Positions 63,921 to 64,000 of a stretch of 64,000 nt of DNA are shown in pieces. Position 1 is the stretch's first letter. Each line of letters starts with the position of its first letter. The stretch is taken from the NCBI RefSeq assembly GCF_004010195.1, contig NC_057719.1, positions 92,707,465-92,771,464 on the forward strand, written 5' to 3'. This DNA comes from Chiloscyllium plagiosum (Eukaryota). The position numbers and the translations under genes are program-made. Below the pieces are notes generated by a model that saw only the letters and a list, made by a program, of their open reading frames with translations, had not been told where the DNA came from and made no database searches.

Positions 63921-63992
63921 ATCGCAAAAGTGGGTTCCGAAACATGAGGCAGAATTCCACGTTAAGAAAATGGCTAAGCACTCCTCATGGGT
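63921..63992 (-). pseudogene. Probable tRNA-Leu(TAA) relic
   Basis: aagtgggttccgaaacatgagg..tcca..ttaag..aatggctaagcactcctcatgggt versus the reverse complement of tRNA-Leu(TAA) aagtggggttcgaacccacgcgg..tcca..ttaagtccaacgccttaaccactcggccatcctggt; the alignment needs gaps. Confidence 0.4.
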
Positions 63993-64000
63993 CAACACTA

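Noticed and set aside
1..64000. CRISPR arrays or prokaryotic systems
   Set aside because: The sequence is vertebrate, with no regularly spaced repeat-spacer array or operon-like ORF density.

Overview
Repeat-saturated cartilaginous-fish genomic DNA. HE1 SINEs, CR1/HER1-type LINEs and a shark-type IgM constant region point to a shark, probably a carpet/bamboo shark (inference). I found no intact host protein-coding gene. Non-repeat content has two parts. (1) A 5'-truncated IgM heavy-chain pseudogene on the minus strand (CH3, CH4+secretory tail, TM1, TM2; about 11.1-16.0 kb) with stops, frameshifts and broken splice sites; no recognisable V, D, J, CH1 or CH2 lies in the 48 kb upstream. (2) A dispersed set of decayed tRNA gene relics of several isotypes (Glu x3, Thr, Arg, Ser, Gln, probable Leu x2) between about 35 and 64 kb. 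The rest is nested mobile DNA: Gmr1-like Gypsy LTR elements (integrase before RT), CR1 and CR1/L2-type LINEs, HE1 SINEs and Penelope-like elements (PLEs). Three PLEs are fold-back (inverted) structures, and many PLE termini carry minimal hammerhead-ribozyme motifs, about three of them apparently intact. All homology calls were made by eye against recalled consensus sequences. Repeat boundaries are approximate.
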